A stretch of 64,000 nucleotides of DNA from Octopus sinensis. Lineage: Eukaryota. The stretch is from contig NC_043008.1 of NCBI RefSeq assembly GCF_006345805.1, forward strand, positions 38,440,001 through 38,504,000. Reading direction: 5' to 3'. The notes beneath the pieces were generated by a model that had not been told where the DNA came from, made no database searches, and saw only the letters and a list, made by a program, of their open reading frames with translations. Every line of letters begins with the position of its first letter. Position 1 is the stretch's first letter. This document shows, in pieces, positions 39,669 through 53,029 of the stretch. The translations under genes were made by a program, and so were the position numbers.

Positions 39669-39867
39669 GCATATATATATGTGCATATATATATATGCAT
39701 ATATACACACACACACACATATATTACATACATACACTTACACACACTATATTCTTAAAGTGTATCAGAGCATTTTAATAAAGACCTTACACATGTACAA
39801 GATATGAGCATGCATGTAACTTTCTGTTTGATACATACATACATACATACATACGTATATATATTAC

Positions 39868-39917
<50 letters not shown>

Positions 39918-39996
39918 CATACACATATATACATACATATATATATTGTATATATAGATAGGTATATATAGATATAGATATATATAAACATATATG

Positions 39997-40049
<53 letters not shown>

Positions 40050-40399
40050 GTATATATGTGCATATATATATACATATATACATATATAAATGTCATATTG
40101 TATGTGTTTATATATGTATGTATATACACATGAATATGACTAATATGTTTATATATGTATACATATATGTACACATAGACATATAAGTATGTATATGTAT
40201 GTATGTATGTATGTATGTATATGAATAATTTGCATGCATATTCTTTCCAAGTGGTTCATACTGTTATGCCTGTGTCTACACGGTTTATTTGCACTGCATA
40301 AAGTAAGTTGCATGTTAACCCATTCTAGTTCTTGCAGTCTTCTATTCTATCTTATACTGTAGCATATAATGTTCCGTACTTCCGATAGCTCTCCCCCAA

Positions 40400-40760
40400 A
40401 ATAATGCCTGTATGTTATCTACGCAATCTTTTGCATTCCAGTCTTCGATGGTACGGGTGAAAGAGCTAATCGTTCTTTGAAGGATTTTGGCTGAAGCCAC
40501 AAGAGACCTGCTGAGGCATGGTAGCTTTGTAGAACTGGTGGTTTAACATATTGCTAATCAACTAGAAATTTTTCCTTAACAAGTGGAGCATGTCATCGAA
40601 TCATTGTTAAAGCTTTCCTTGCTCTTGCTGCACTTTCATTCTTTATTTCTCACTGAAGGCTATTTTCCATCTTAACTGAAGAATATTTTGTGGCAAGTAG
40701 AAAGTGGAAAAGCAGCCAAATTCCTAAACTGCTAGAAGATGTCCATATGTTTGGAGGAAA
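40400..40760 (-). mobile_element. Possible highly decayed CR1-like LINE 3' fragment
   Basis: SSFTRTIEDWNA on the minus strand resembles SFFPRTIxDWN; the surrounding frames are broken. Confidence 0.35.
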
Positions 40761-41053
40761 ACACAGGGAAGAAAGATTAGTGCAGTTTGGTCAAGTGTAA
40801 GGCAAAAGTTTACTTACTTTTGGCAAAATTTATTTAAGTGTATTTTTTTTTATTATTTTAAAATTCTTTCAGTTATATATATCAGATAAAAAACAGGAAG
40901 TTGTGGCATTCATGCAATTCCCAAAACAGCAGTAGAAATGAAATATAAGGACTTCAGCCTGCACCAGTAGTTAGATCGTTGAACTGGTTGGACAGAAATT
41001 CGCAATTTGGTTATGCATTATTATTATTATTATCATTATTATTATTATTATGA

Positions 41054-41123
<70 letters not shown>

Positions 41124-41285
41124 GTTGTTGTTGTTGTTATTATTATTATTATCATCATCATTATTGTGGTGGTGAATTCACAGACTGAAAAGAATATTAG
41201 AAAAAATTCTACTAGACTCAGGTCAACTAGTGTCTTCTGAGTTAATTTGGTAGATAGAAAGTGCAGAAAACACATTGTATGTGCA

Positions 41286-41319
<34 letters not shown>

Positions 41320-41691
41320 ACTGTCTAAGAATCCATAAATCTGGAAAGAACACTGCCATTTCTGATGAGTACAAGGTTACATAATCAGACAGTTGTCTAA
41401 CACTCTTTTGAACCCCGTGTGCAAACCTGATCAATAAGATCAGCTGTAATGGATATACAATACTGTACACTTCAATTAATATATATGCATACGTGAAGCT
41501 TTTGAACCTTTTGAACTTTACGTAACTTTTTTATACTTTCTAAATTTTTTTTGTAAATTTTCCTCCCCTTGTCTTTATTTACCTTCTCTCCCCCACCCTA
41601 TTTTTCCCCTTTTTTCTCCTTTCTTTCTCTTCTCTTCCCATTTTAAAATCATGCCCGAGCCACTACAAATTCTTGATGGTCTCTCCTTGTT

Positions 41692-41729
41692 TCTTTCTGT
41701 GGAAGAGCATAGGCTCGAAATGTTAAAGA
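41692..41729 (+). ncRNA. Minimal HHR-like motif with a non-canonical core (same family as 29888)
   Basis: TCTTT-CTGTGGA-A-GAGC(ATAG)GCTC-GAA-ATGT-T-AAAGA; 5-bp stem I, 4-bp stem II, stem III palindrome CpG-decayed. Confidence 0.45.
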
Positions 41730-41813
41730 CTTTTCCCCTTCCTGAGCATTAAACTAATACATCTGTTTGTTCTCTACACCACCAGTCTTTGTCTTTTGTT
41801 TTTTGTGAATTGT

Positions 41814-41851
<38 letters not shown>

Positions 41852-42262
41852 TATATGTGGTGTGTGTGGTGTGTATGTATGTAGGTATGTATGTATGTAT
41901 GTATAGTATTTAAGTATAGGCAACTCAAAAATAAATGAACACTCCTCACTATTCCATTCTTTCTGTGCAGGCACTACCTGGTGCTGCAAGCTTGTTAGTG
42001 CATCTGCTAAATATGAGATTGAATATTTAACCTCATCAAATTACCCTATTTTGTTTCTTGAAAAAATCTTTTAAAGATGATGGCGTCTATTACTTTTTAC
42101 ATGTCTGTGCAAAATTTTAAGTGCATTGTGAACAGCGATGTATAACAACATCCAACAGCATAGTTGATACTGATACTATGATATATATGTATATATATAT
42201 ATCCTGCTTGCCAGCTCTGGTCAAACCATCCAACCCATGCCAGCATGGAAAACAGATATTAA

Positions 42263-42301
<39 letters not shown>

Positions 42302-42520
42302 TTGATGATATATGCATGTGTATGAGTATGAATGTTTACAGTCAGCACTCTACATAAAATGATTTTTCTGAGTTAGAGACAGTAAATTTTGTTGATGTTT
42401 TCTTATCAACAAATGCCTACTAGGTATTCACTTTTGAAAATAAACTATATAAACTGCATCTTGTGCTTAACAAAATTTCCTCTGTGTGTGTGTGTGTGTG
42501 TGTGGTATATATATATATAT

Positions 42521-42880
42521 TGTTATCAGTCGTAAGACACTTGTTGTTGTTTTCACCGTTAATGCTTCTGTATTTCATGTTTCTGTATTCCATTATTTTT
42601 TTGTTTTTTTATATTCGTCCCTTTTGCTGTCCTGGTGTCCGTATGCATTCGATCCTTCTTCCAGGAAATCTACGCTCCAGCTTAGTTTTTCTAATGCTCG
42701 TTGCTTATTTTTTCTTGGAGGGCTGGCCGTGATCTAGTAATCCAAGATTAATCAGCCGAAATTACTACGATGATCCGGTTCTGACTGAAGACTGAGGGTT
42801 TCGAATGTCCTGTCCGTTGTTATTGTGTCGTCTTCTTGAGTTATACGTTCTTGTCCATGTTGTATTTTTCTACATACCTT
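42521..42880. mobile_element. Unclassified CpG-rich 360-bp insertion in (TA)n
   Basis: Sharp boundaries with TA runs on both sides; about 15 CpG in a CpG-poor neighbourhood; no meaningful ORF. Confidence 0.5.
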
Positions 42881-44426
42881 AATATATATATTAATATATA
42901 TATAGTATATATATATATTATATATATATATATATAATATATATATTTTATATATATATATAATGTAATATATATATATACATGCACAAAAAAAAATCAA
43001 CAAGTGCCTCCCTGGTAGGGAATGAAACCCTGGTCTACCACTTAGCAGGTTGTGATATTTACCACTATATTTCCACAGCTAATAACCCTCAAGATTCTTC
43101 ATTACAACTCGTATATATTCTTATAAATCTTATTCATCCAGCTTAACTTGTCATAATTTGAAATACTTTTGGTGCTGTGTTTTTGAAACTGTCTGTGTGT
43201 CATAAATCTGCAAATTTGTGACTATATGGCCATTATTGCAAGCTTTCATGGTAAGTCTGAACTGTATTGCATAATGTTCAGACTTCTGTAACTTTTTTTT
43301 TATCACAATTTTTCCTTTATTCTTTGATGCTAGAATCTGAGATGGTATTTTGTAAATTGAGATATCTGCATATTTTTGAAAAACATGTAGCATAATGGTA
43401 AGAATGTTGGCCACATGACTGTTAAAACATGGGTTTGATTCTTGGACAAGACTGAGGTTGGTTCTTGAAGAAGGCACTTCACTTCAAATTGGTCCAGTAC
43501 ACACAGCTGAAAATAACAGCCAGATAAACTCTTACTGCATGTAAGCATCAGCAAAGAAGTGAAGGCTGAGATAGTGAACCTTGACAGTGAATCATGTTGG
43601 AAGAGAACTTGGGGCTCCCTGATTGATTCATCCTGAAGGAAGCATGAAGATCCAACAAATTATTATTGAATTTATGTATCCTTTGTGACAACAATGTAAC
43701 CATTCAAAAGTAATATAAGAGATACTAAAATAATTTCATGGTGAATTCAACATTCACCTATAAAGATAGGAATGTTCATTGATATTACTATAGCAATGGA
43801 CTTTGTCTTTAGATATGCTTTCTAACATCAATGAAATGTAAAGTAGAAATGAAATCTAATTTATTGTCCAACGGGCACAGTAAAATCAAACTGCGATGGT
43901 TTGTAGTTGGCGCTCATTGAAATCACAACAAAGTGATCAGTATCTTAGAACCTTAAACTCAGTCACTGCAAAGGCTTATAGCTAACACATTTTGAAATCA
44001 TAACACCATAACCAGTACTTTAAGAACCACAGTCACAGCAATGACTTACAGCTAGCTGTTATTGAAACCATAACAATGTGATAACTATATTAGCATGCTG
44101 AATGCTCAGTCACACATTTTGGTGGGGTTTTATTGTTTTACATTATTCTTGTTTTCTTGGATGTCATTTCTTCTGCTAACCATTCAACGGTTTTGTTCTT
44201 TTGTTTAAATTGTCAAATACAAGCAAGCAGGATTGCATGCTGTGTTCAGGGGTCTACATAATGTCCAACCTAATAGTCATGGTGAAGGTCTGTGGTCTAA
44301 CGGTCGGAGTGTTCAGCTCATGACCATAAAGCAATGGTAATCAATTGCTGAACTGAGTAGCATGTTGTGTCCTTGAGCAAGGCACTTAATTCCCCATTAC
44401 TCCATTCTATTCACTTTTAAATGAAT

Positions 44427-44660
44427 ACCTATTTCTTTACTAGCCACAAGGGACTAAACACAGAGAGGACAAACAAGGACATACAAACGGATTAAGTTGA
44501 TTATATCGACCCCAGTGTGTAACTGGTACTTATTTAATCGACCCCGAAAGGATGAATGGCAAAGTCAACCTTGGTGGAATTTGAACTCAGAACATAGCAG
44601 CAGATGAAATACTTCTAAGCATTTCGCCCGGCATGCTAACGATTCTGCCAGCTCGCAACC
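44427..44660 (-). mobile_element. SINE family B, full length
   Basis: Reverse-complement match to 18409-18640. Confidence 0.9.
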
Positions 44661-45775
44661 TACCAGTAAGATACTTGTGCCCTCCAGCTATCGCATACTG
44701 AATGTGCCATTTGAGCAAGGATGGTGGGGTTGTGAGAGGTGTATGTCTACTTGTGACTACATAGACACCTGAATCAATTTATGACAGCATAGTACATGTA
44801 ACCAAGGGTTACTCATCAATGAATGACATTTCATGCTCATCATGGTCAACAAGTTCACAACCTAAACACTTGTCATGCTGTCTCATCATTGAATTAATAA
44901 ATTGATTGATTGATAAATGAATTAATTAATTACTGGTGTAATATATCTATAACTGCTAAAACTATTTTCTTGAACAGTAGCACTACTATTGCGGTATTAG
45001 AAAAGTTACAGTTCTTTTATTCTAATATTATTCTCATGAGTAAATTTGGAATCTAAATTGTTATTGTGAATTCATAGCGATAATAAAGAGAAAAACAAAA
45101 AAAAGCTATAATTTAGGAGATGCCAAAACACAGCTTTGAATGTTGTCTATGTAGGTTAGAATCTATTACTTTTGATCAATATGAATATAAAATTTACATA
45201 TAAGTTGAAAAAAAAAATTTTTATTGCATTTGATATATCAGAATAAAGATAGCCATCTTGAGAATATATATAAAAAAATATTTTGAATACAAAGAGTTCT
45301 TTTTTCTTTTTCATAACTCAAAGATGTCAAACTGAGATAATAGGTCTGAGATATTACAAATATTTTCTGGGCCATAACTAAGATTTCTACTTTTTGGTCA
45401 ATATTTTAATCTTTTCTTCTCTCTTCCATTTTTTTTTTCACAACTAATATCCCCACGTTCACTGCATTCCTCACCCCACCCATTGCATTAAAATTCTTTT
45501 ATTTGTCTTCAAAATATTTCATAGCTTCCCATCTAAATAAAATCAAATCATCAAAGGCTGAAAATATATATATAAGTTGGGACAATGCTATTACGAAAAA
45601 CATTTTAGAGAACCATTGTAAAACTAACTATTTACATTTTACTTATGTTGTTTTTTACTGTGTATGTATATACATGCATACATGTGTGTGTGTGTGTATA
45701 GAAAGATAGAGAGAAAGAGATGCATAGATAGATAGATTTATGTGTAAATATGTGTCCGCATGTATGTGCATCTCT

Positions 45776-45816
<41 letters not shown>

Positions 45817-45941
45817 ATATAATATATATATATATATATAGATATATATATATACATATATATATGTATATATGTGTGTATGTATGTATGTATAATTTAT
45901 ATGTGTATTTTATACATCATCTATCTATCTATCTATCTATC

Positions 45942-45978
<37 letters not shown>

Positions 45979-47417
45979 CATATATATAATATACATATTA
46001 TATATATATATGTATGTATATTCTTTATGAAATGAATATTTTGATATTGGTTTGTTGTTCTTCCATCGTCTACACATATAAGTGCTTTTATTGTATTAGT
46101 TTGTGTGTGTTTGTGTTTGTGTGTGTGTATGTGTGTGTGTGTGTTTGTGTGGCTATGAGCATATGCACGGAGGTATGCATACATGTGTGCATGACTTTGT
46201 AAAATATGTTTGCATTTTAGATTTCAAACATTTCCACACAATTGACAATTTATGACAAGGGATATGAATGCAGGAAGTGCTGAATGCAACAAAGATCAAG
46301 AAAGAAATACCTTCCAAAACAGAAATAGGAAAACAAGCAAAAAACAAAACAAAACAAAAAAAATGATAAAAGAACAAAGAAAAATAATCTGAAAAAAAAG
46401 TTCAAAGATATATTTTTATTGTAACTTTTGTTAAATTTACATACCCTTCATGACAACAATGTAAACTTTCAAGGGAAATATAACAAGATACTAAAATAAT
46501 TTCATGGTGAATTCAACAGATATTTTCTGCCAATATTTCTCTTGAATGATTCAACATTGTGCTATATAGCCAAGTCACTATGTAAGGTTTGATTAAAAGT
46601 CAGGGAAAATATTCATCTTGAAACTGAAAGGCTTCAACTTACTCTTGTGTTATCAACAACTCCGATATAATATTTTCCAATATTTCTGTGTCAGTTGATA
46701 TCAAACATGGGTTGGAAATTCAACAATTTTATGGTTTCTCCTTTAGAATACGATTGACTATTCAGGTACAAAAACAAATGCGTACAGTGGTTAATTGGAA
46801 AATTTTGTGGCACCGCATTGTGGTTGGAATAAAATATTATTGAAATTTCTCTTATCATTTCCACCATTTCCAGACAATTGTAATTATCATAACCCATAAT
46901 GTGAGATCTACTGTGGTTTGACATTAATATGTGACGTTGAGTTCCTGATTTGTAATTAAGAATTTACATTCAGAAGCTACAATCTCATGATATGAAACTG
47001 GAAAACATATAAGGTATTGGTTATAACTTTCTTACTAATCACAGAACTACTAAAGTCGATCAAGTTATTACCTTAAAATGAAAATAAAAACTCTGAACAG
47101 GATTTTCAAAACCAGAACAAACACTAACTTATGTTCATATGATTCATATACAATTAATATATATATATATACACACTATATATATATACTATGAATATAT
47201 TATATAAATATAAATATATATATATATATTATATATTATATATATATATATATGTATATATATATGTATATATATATATATGTATATATATTTATATATA
47301 TATATGCGTGTGTGTATATGTGTGTGTGTGTGCATGTACATATACAGAGGGAGAAAGAGAGATAAAAATATATCTATACATATATATGTGTGTATATGTG
47401 TGTGTGTGTGTATAACA

Positions 47418-47453
<36 letters not shown>

Positions 47454-47510
47454 TGTATGTATGTATGTATGTAGGTAGGTATATGTATGTGTGTGTGTGT
47501 GTATATATGT

Positions 47511-47823
47511 GAAGGTGCATAGCTTAGGGGTTAGAGCATTTGGTTCACAATCATAGGGTCATGTGTTCAATTCCTGGCGATGAGTTGAGTCCTTGAGCAA
47601 GGCATTTTATTTCACATTTCTCCAGTCCACTCAGCTGGCAGAAATGAGTGGTACCTGTATTTCAAGCGGCCAGCCTTGTCACACTCTGTGTCACACTAAA
47701 TCTCCCTGAGAACTATGTTCAGGGTACACATGTCTGTAGAGTGCTCAGCCACTTGTACATTAATTTCACGAGGAAGCTGTTCCGTTGATCATATCATTGT
47801 ATCAGCTGGGACCCTCACCATCA
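47511..47823 (+). mobile_element. tRNA-derived SINE, family E
   Basis: A-box-like TAGCTTAGGGG and B-box-like TGTTCAATTCC; GTCCTTGAGCAAGGCA...CTCCAGTCCACTCAGCTGGC block shared with family C/D; distinct tail. Confidence 0.7.
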
Positions 47824-47829
47824 TTCCTG

Positions 47830-48205
47830 ATTCAACATTGGGTATTAAACCTCTGTGCACTACCTGACTGATTATATGGGTGGACAGGGCATATCTTGCT
47901 TTGAGTATTTTCAGCATCTCAATAACTACATTTGAGGTCAAGGTACTTTACCAGATTTCATATCCATTACTGTATCTGTACTCTATTGGTGCCATCTTCA
48001 GCAAAACTAGTCTCTCTGGAGGAATTACTACAATAAGTTCCTCTCTTCCTCTCTTTTACATTCTCCATATTTAGAAACCTCTTGTACAAATATTTCCATG
48101 TCTGTTTCTTCTTGGCATAAACGATGCAAGTCTGCTGCTCTTATTTCATACATTCCTAAAATGTCATGGTCACTAAGACAGTTCTTCAACCTTGAATACT
48201 CCATG
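47830..48205 (-). mobile_element. RTE LINE ORF2 internal fragment (endonuclease-RT linker)
   Basis: Translations AKKKQTWKYLYKRFLNMEN and MKSGKVP*P / VVIEMLKI...THIISQVVHRGLIPN resemble W..HYE.LLN and MK.GKAPGP.G...EMLK...EG.IP.DW of RTE ORF2. Confidence 0.7.
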
Positions 48206-48872
48206 CTCTCTCTCTCTCTCTCTTAACTTCAGTCTATATGTGTGTGTGTGTGCTCGTAGGTAGTCTTCTGATAACAGACTAGAACTCAACATGCCTGTTA
48301 TTTACTGCCAATCTTATAATATTTTCTGTACCTCATTAACTATGTTGTAGTGTATGGATTTATTGAGTAACAATAGCAAGTTTTGAGTATTGATTTCTAT
48401 GTTAGAACTGACAATTACTCGATAAAGGCCAAAACAAAGAGCAAAAAAAAAAACAACTAAATAAGTAAAAGAAGCAAAATTAATGTGAACTGGTTGACAA
48501 TGAAAACACTATATATATATATATATATGCACATATATATATATATATATATACATGTATGTATATAAGAATACAGACACACGCACATATATATATAAGA
48601 GCAACAATAAAGACTGGCATATTTCTGTATAGATCCAGTCCCATCTGGTGCTTGCTTTTCTTTTTTTTTTTTGTTGTTTGTATCATGATCTATCCTGCAT
48701 CTACATTTATACTCAATACATACATATTTGTGTGTATTGAATATGAATAAAAGTCTGAGCTACTGAATACATGCGTGCATACACACATACATATAGTATC
48801 ATTATCATCATCACCATCACCACCATCATTATCATCATTATTGTTTAACGTCTGCCTTCCATTCTATTTTGA

Positions 48873-48920
<48 letters not shown>

Positions 48921-48942
48921 ATGTGAGTGTGTATGTATGTGT

Positions 48943-48974
<32 letters not shown>

Positions 48975-49009
48975 ATGAGATATTCAAAGCAATAGAAGAG
49001 CATTGAAGA

Positions 49010-49115
49010 GTACTAACCATGGCGGTACATATTCTAAAATTGGAATGATACAGAGAAGATTAGCATGACCCCTGCGCAAGGAAGACATGCAAATTCGTGA
49101 AGCATTCAATATTTT
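49010..49115 (+). pseudogene. RNU6: Full-length U6 snRNA retrocopy (5' part of a U6-SINE chimera)
   Basis: 106 nt, with 5' stem GTACT...GGTAC, the ACAGAGA box, the AGC triad and an ATATTTT end. About 7 substitutions versus canonical U6 in the last 85 nt, 3 of them CpG decay. No PSE/TATA upstream (only a GT microsatellite and the TSD). Confidence 0.95.
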
Positions 49116-49118
49116 CTA

Positions 49119-49351
49119 AAGGCAGCGAGCTGGCAGAAACGTTAGCAATCCGGGCGAAATGCTTAGTGGTATTTCATCTGTCTTTATGTTCTGAGTTCAA
49201 ATTCCACCAAGGTTGCCTTTGCCTTCCATCCTTTCGGGGTCGATAAAATATGTACCATTTACGCACTGGGGTCGATATAATCGACTTAATCCATTTGTCT
49301 GTCCTTGTTTGTCCCCTCTGTGTGTAGCCACTTGTGGACAATAAAGAAATA
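49119..49351 (+). mobile_element. Full-length SINE family B (3' part of the U6-SINE chimera)
   Basis: Matches 18409-18640 end to end. TSD AGAAGAGCATTGAA at 48994-49007 and 49352-49365 encloses both U6 and the SINE. Confidence 0.92.
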
Positions 49352-49649
49352 AGAAGAGCATTGAATAATTCTGTCTGTTTGTCTATCTATCTATCTACTG
49401 AGCCATCTATCTATTTATTTGTGTGTGTATACATATACCCACATGCATATATATGTACATATATATACATGTTTGAGAATATATCCATCATAAATGTACA
49501 AATTCTATAAATGTACAAATTCTATAAATGTACAAATTCTATATTCTGCGTAAAAGAGAAAGAAGTTTATTTTTGGACATTGCTGAAATTAATAAATTTG
49601 CAAAACAAACCAAGAAACAAACAGAAAGCAGAGAAACCAGGAAGCTAAG

Positions 49650-50075
49650 TAAAAGACACATCAGGCATTCTTTGGGTTACCACACTAGATGCTTCCATAC
49701 TCAGCCACAGGTCCCTGTTCTCTGCCATGCATGGGAGGGTTGCTGTGTTGTCTCCTGTCCAGTTCTTAATATTGTCAGACCAGGATTTTATCTGGCTGGC
49801 TTTCTTTCGCCTTCTCTCAACTGTGCCCTGAAGAATAAATATTGGACAGAGATTTTTGATGGGAAACATGACTGTTCCAGGCAAGCTTTCAGTTTTTTTT
49901 ACCTGCCCATGGAATGGTTCCTGTCTGCTGGCATATTTCTTGACTTGCTGCCTGACAACATATCAAAAGGCAATTCCATTGCTTTTCCAATAAGGCTCAG
50001 AGTGTACAAGACACTGGTGACTTTGAACCTTCTGCATGGGTGTCAGAGCTAGTCTCTTACAGCTGACATGGAATA
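49650..50075 (-). mobile_element. RTE (BovB-like) LINE 3' fragment
   Basis: YVVRQQVKKYASRQEPFHGQVKK...ILQGTVERRRKKASQIKSWSDNIKNWTG...MAENRDLW matches the RTE C-terminus. Confidence 0.8.
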
Positions 50076-50157
50076 AAGGATCTTTTACTTCTTCTGAAGC
50101 ACAAATAAGAAGTAGAAGACTAAGATTGCTAAAAATGTTCCTGTTTCTTGCTGAGTG

Positions 50158-50224
50158 GTGACCATCATCATCATCATCGTCATCATCATCATCATCATCA
50201 TCATCATCGTCATCGTCATCATCG

Positions 50225-50258
<34 letters not shown>

Positions 50259-50780
50259 TTAACGTCCATTGTCCATGTCGGCATGGGTTGGATGGTTTGA
50301 CTGGGCTTTCATGCTGGAAGGCTGCACCAGACTCCAGTCTGATCTGGCATGGTTTTCTATGACTGGATGTCCTTCCTAACGCCAACCACTCTGAAAGTGT
50401 AATGGGTGCTTTTACGTGCTACCGACATGAGTGCCAATTTGCGTGACACTAGTATCTGCCACAACTGTGATTTTGCCCAGTTTCATAGATCTTCTTCACA
50501 AGCATAACATATTGCTAAAGGTCTTAGTCATTTCCTCCATGAGGCCCAACACTCGAAAGGAACTCAGTCACTTTGCCTCAGTGAGGCCCAACACTCAAAA
50601 AGAACTCAGCCACTATGCCTCCATCAGGCCCAACACTTGAAAGGAACTCAGTCACTTTGCCTTCGTGAGGCCCAAAATTCGTAAGATGTTCTTTATGTGC
50701 CACCAGCACAGGTGCAATTGGCTTGACAAGTCCTCTCAAGCACAGCACATTGCCAAAATATGAACTTCTACAGAGTAAGG
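50158..50780 (-). mobile_element. Non-autonomous retroelement with an (ATG)n tail and an internal 42-bp minisatellite
   Basis: Tail ...CCAACCCATGCCGACATGGACAATGGACGTTAAATGATGATG is shared with 42203-42310 and 51610-51715; contains the GGATGTCCTTCCTAACGCCAACC block. Confidence 0.7.
50535..50686. repeat. 42-bp minisatellite x3.6
   Basis: Units CTCCATGAGGCCCAACACTCGAAAGGAACTCAGTCACTTTGC start at 50535, 50577, 50619 and 50661 (partial). Confidence 0.95.
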
Positions 50781-51449
50781 GGATAAAAACCTCTTCCCAA
50801 TTACTTTTAACCCCAGACACATGAATATTCCCCTTAGTTACCAGGCTGCATAAATAATAACTTTTAAAAGTATATTAAAATATAATAACCATGCTTGAGA
50901 TGGCAACAGCACGGTTGGCTTTGCAATGATATCTTCAAAAAAATTTAACAAAATATTTGAAAAGCAAGCAAAAATGTAAAGGAATATTTATGTGAGTATA
51001 TGCGTGAGTGTGTGTGCGTGTGTAATATGTTTTGTATACCTGGGTAGATTATTCAATTGTACAGAAGAGGAAGATTCATTTTGATTTTATTTCTTCGTTT
51101 TTATTTTTTTTTAAACCAATTTATTTTGACCTCTTCTATTCTAAAATGGTAAACAAACTGATCAGACATGTTAGAGTTAAATGCTATTGAGCATGCTTTC
51201 TCTACCATGGAAATTCACCATTTTCTCTCTGTTCCCCCCTTCCCCCCTCTCTCTGTGTCTCTGTCTCTCTCTCTCCCCAGTTTACAATATCCCCTATATC
51301 CTGTTCACTCTAATATTGTATTTCTATGACAAACCTAATAGCCGTTACACTTTTAATCACTGAAGAACCACGATGTAATTTACAGTAAAGTATATATACT
51401 CAGGTATGCACGCACTTGAAAATGTGTATACATACATATATGTGTATGT

Positions 51450-51516
<67 letters not shown>

Positions 51517-51738
51517 ACATATATATACATACATATATGTGTATGTATATATATATATATACATATATACACACACACACACACACATACACACACATAC
51601 TCACATATATATATCATTACCATCATCTTCATCATCATCATCATTTAATGCCCATTCTTCATGCTGGTATGGGTTGGACACTTTCACGAGCTGGCAAGTC
51701 AGAAGACTAGACCAAGCATACACACACACACACACACA

Positions 51739-51782
<44 letters not shown>

Positions 51783-51893
51783 GCATACATCACATGCATA
51801 TTTATTCCCGTTCACTTATCTATGATTATACATACATATACATGCATGCATATATATTTAATTTTTATAAGCACCTATACATACTCACACTCA

Positions 51894-51929
<36 letters not shown>

Positions 51930-52057
51930 CACCCATGCTGATAGTCAAACCAACACACACACATATAGATATACAAATATTCATACTCACACACACACAT
52001 CGAGTTACAACTATATATATGTATATATGTATCACTCTCTCTCCCTCCCTACATATC

Positions 52058-52089
<32 letters not shown>

Positions 52090-53029
52090 CATTTGAATAA
52101 TTTGATCAAGTATGTTAATATGTGCGTCTGTGTATATATGTATGAAGAAGGAAAAATTCAGAAAGTGCTAGAATGCCTCTCAGTAAAAGCAATTCAGTTT
52201 ATGTCATCCCCATTCATATAATGTAAATTGAGTTTGAACTTTGATCTTCTGATTCCCTCTCTCTGTTTTCTTACTCCCCCTATCTCCTTTGCAGCCTACA
52301 GCTTTGCACTGATTCTTACACAAAGCTTGTATGAATCCAATCCTGGTCTTCATTTATCTCTCTCTCTCTCTCGCTCTGTCTCTCTCATCATATGACCTTT
52401 GTATTGCTGCATTCAATCTTTACGCATGCATTTTTAAACCTGATAACCAATGTGCAATGAATTTTTCTCGGTAATTTTCTTCTTGTTTGTTTTAATATTG
52501 CATTATAGGAAAGAAACATGGAGGACAGTTGATGTTGACGATGTAATGACAAGGATGACGATGATGATGATGGTTATGCTAAATAAAGTGAAAGTTGAGC
52601 CAATCATGGCTTGATTTTTACCTCTTGAATGTAAATCCTGCGAGGCAGATGTATATTAATAGCTTGCATCTCGCAAGATATGTTTACTTAATTCACATAA
52701 ATCTTAAGGGGAGAATGAAAAAAAAAAAATATAGGTTTAAGTGGATAGGTATTGGACAATAACAACAACAATGATAATGATGTTGACATGAACTGGTTAA
52801 AAAAAAAAAACAGAAACAGAAGCAGAAATCTTGACAATAATAACACAAGAACAGAAAAATTTGAACAAACCATGTTACAGTTAAAATAGATAGAAGCAAC
52901 AAGTAAAACAGATGATACTGTCAGCTATGTGTTGACACTTGTAAGATGACATGAAAAGAATATAAAAGATGTAAGATGCTTTAAGGTAAGTAGGCAGTTT
53001 AGATTCAAAGTAGGAAAAAATGGAAAATA

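Noticed and set aside
41362-41400. CTGATGA-GTAC hammerhead candidate
   Set aside because: No GAAA box and no stem I.
46690-46925. Ser/Thr phosphatase-like words (FYGF, DLLWFD)
   Set aside because: They lie in different frames with the wrong spacing and many stops; likely coincidence.
49010-49115. Functional U6 gene
   Set aside because: No upstream promoter elements, CpG decay, fusion to a SINE and a flanking TSD all indicate a retrocopy.
50535-50686. CRISPR-like array
   Set aside because: The units are contiguous with no unique spacers, the context is eukaryotic, and there are no cas genes.
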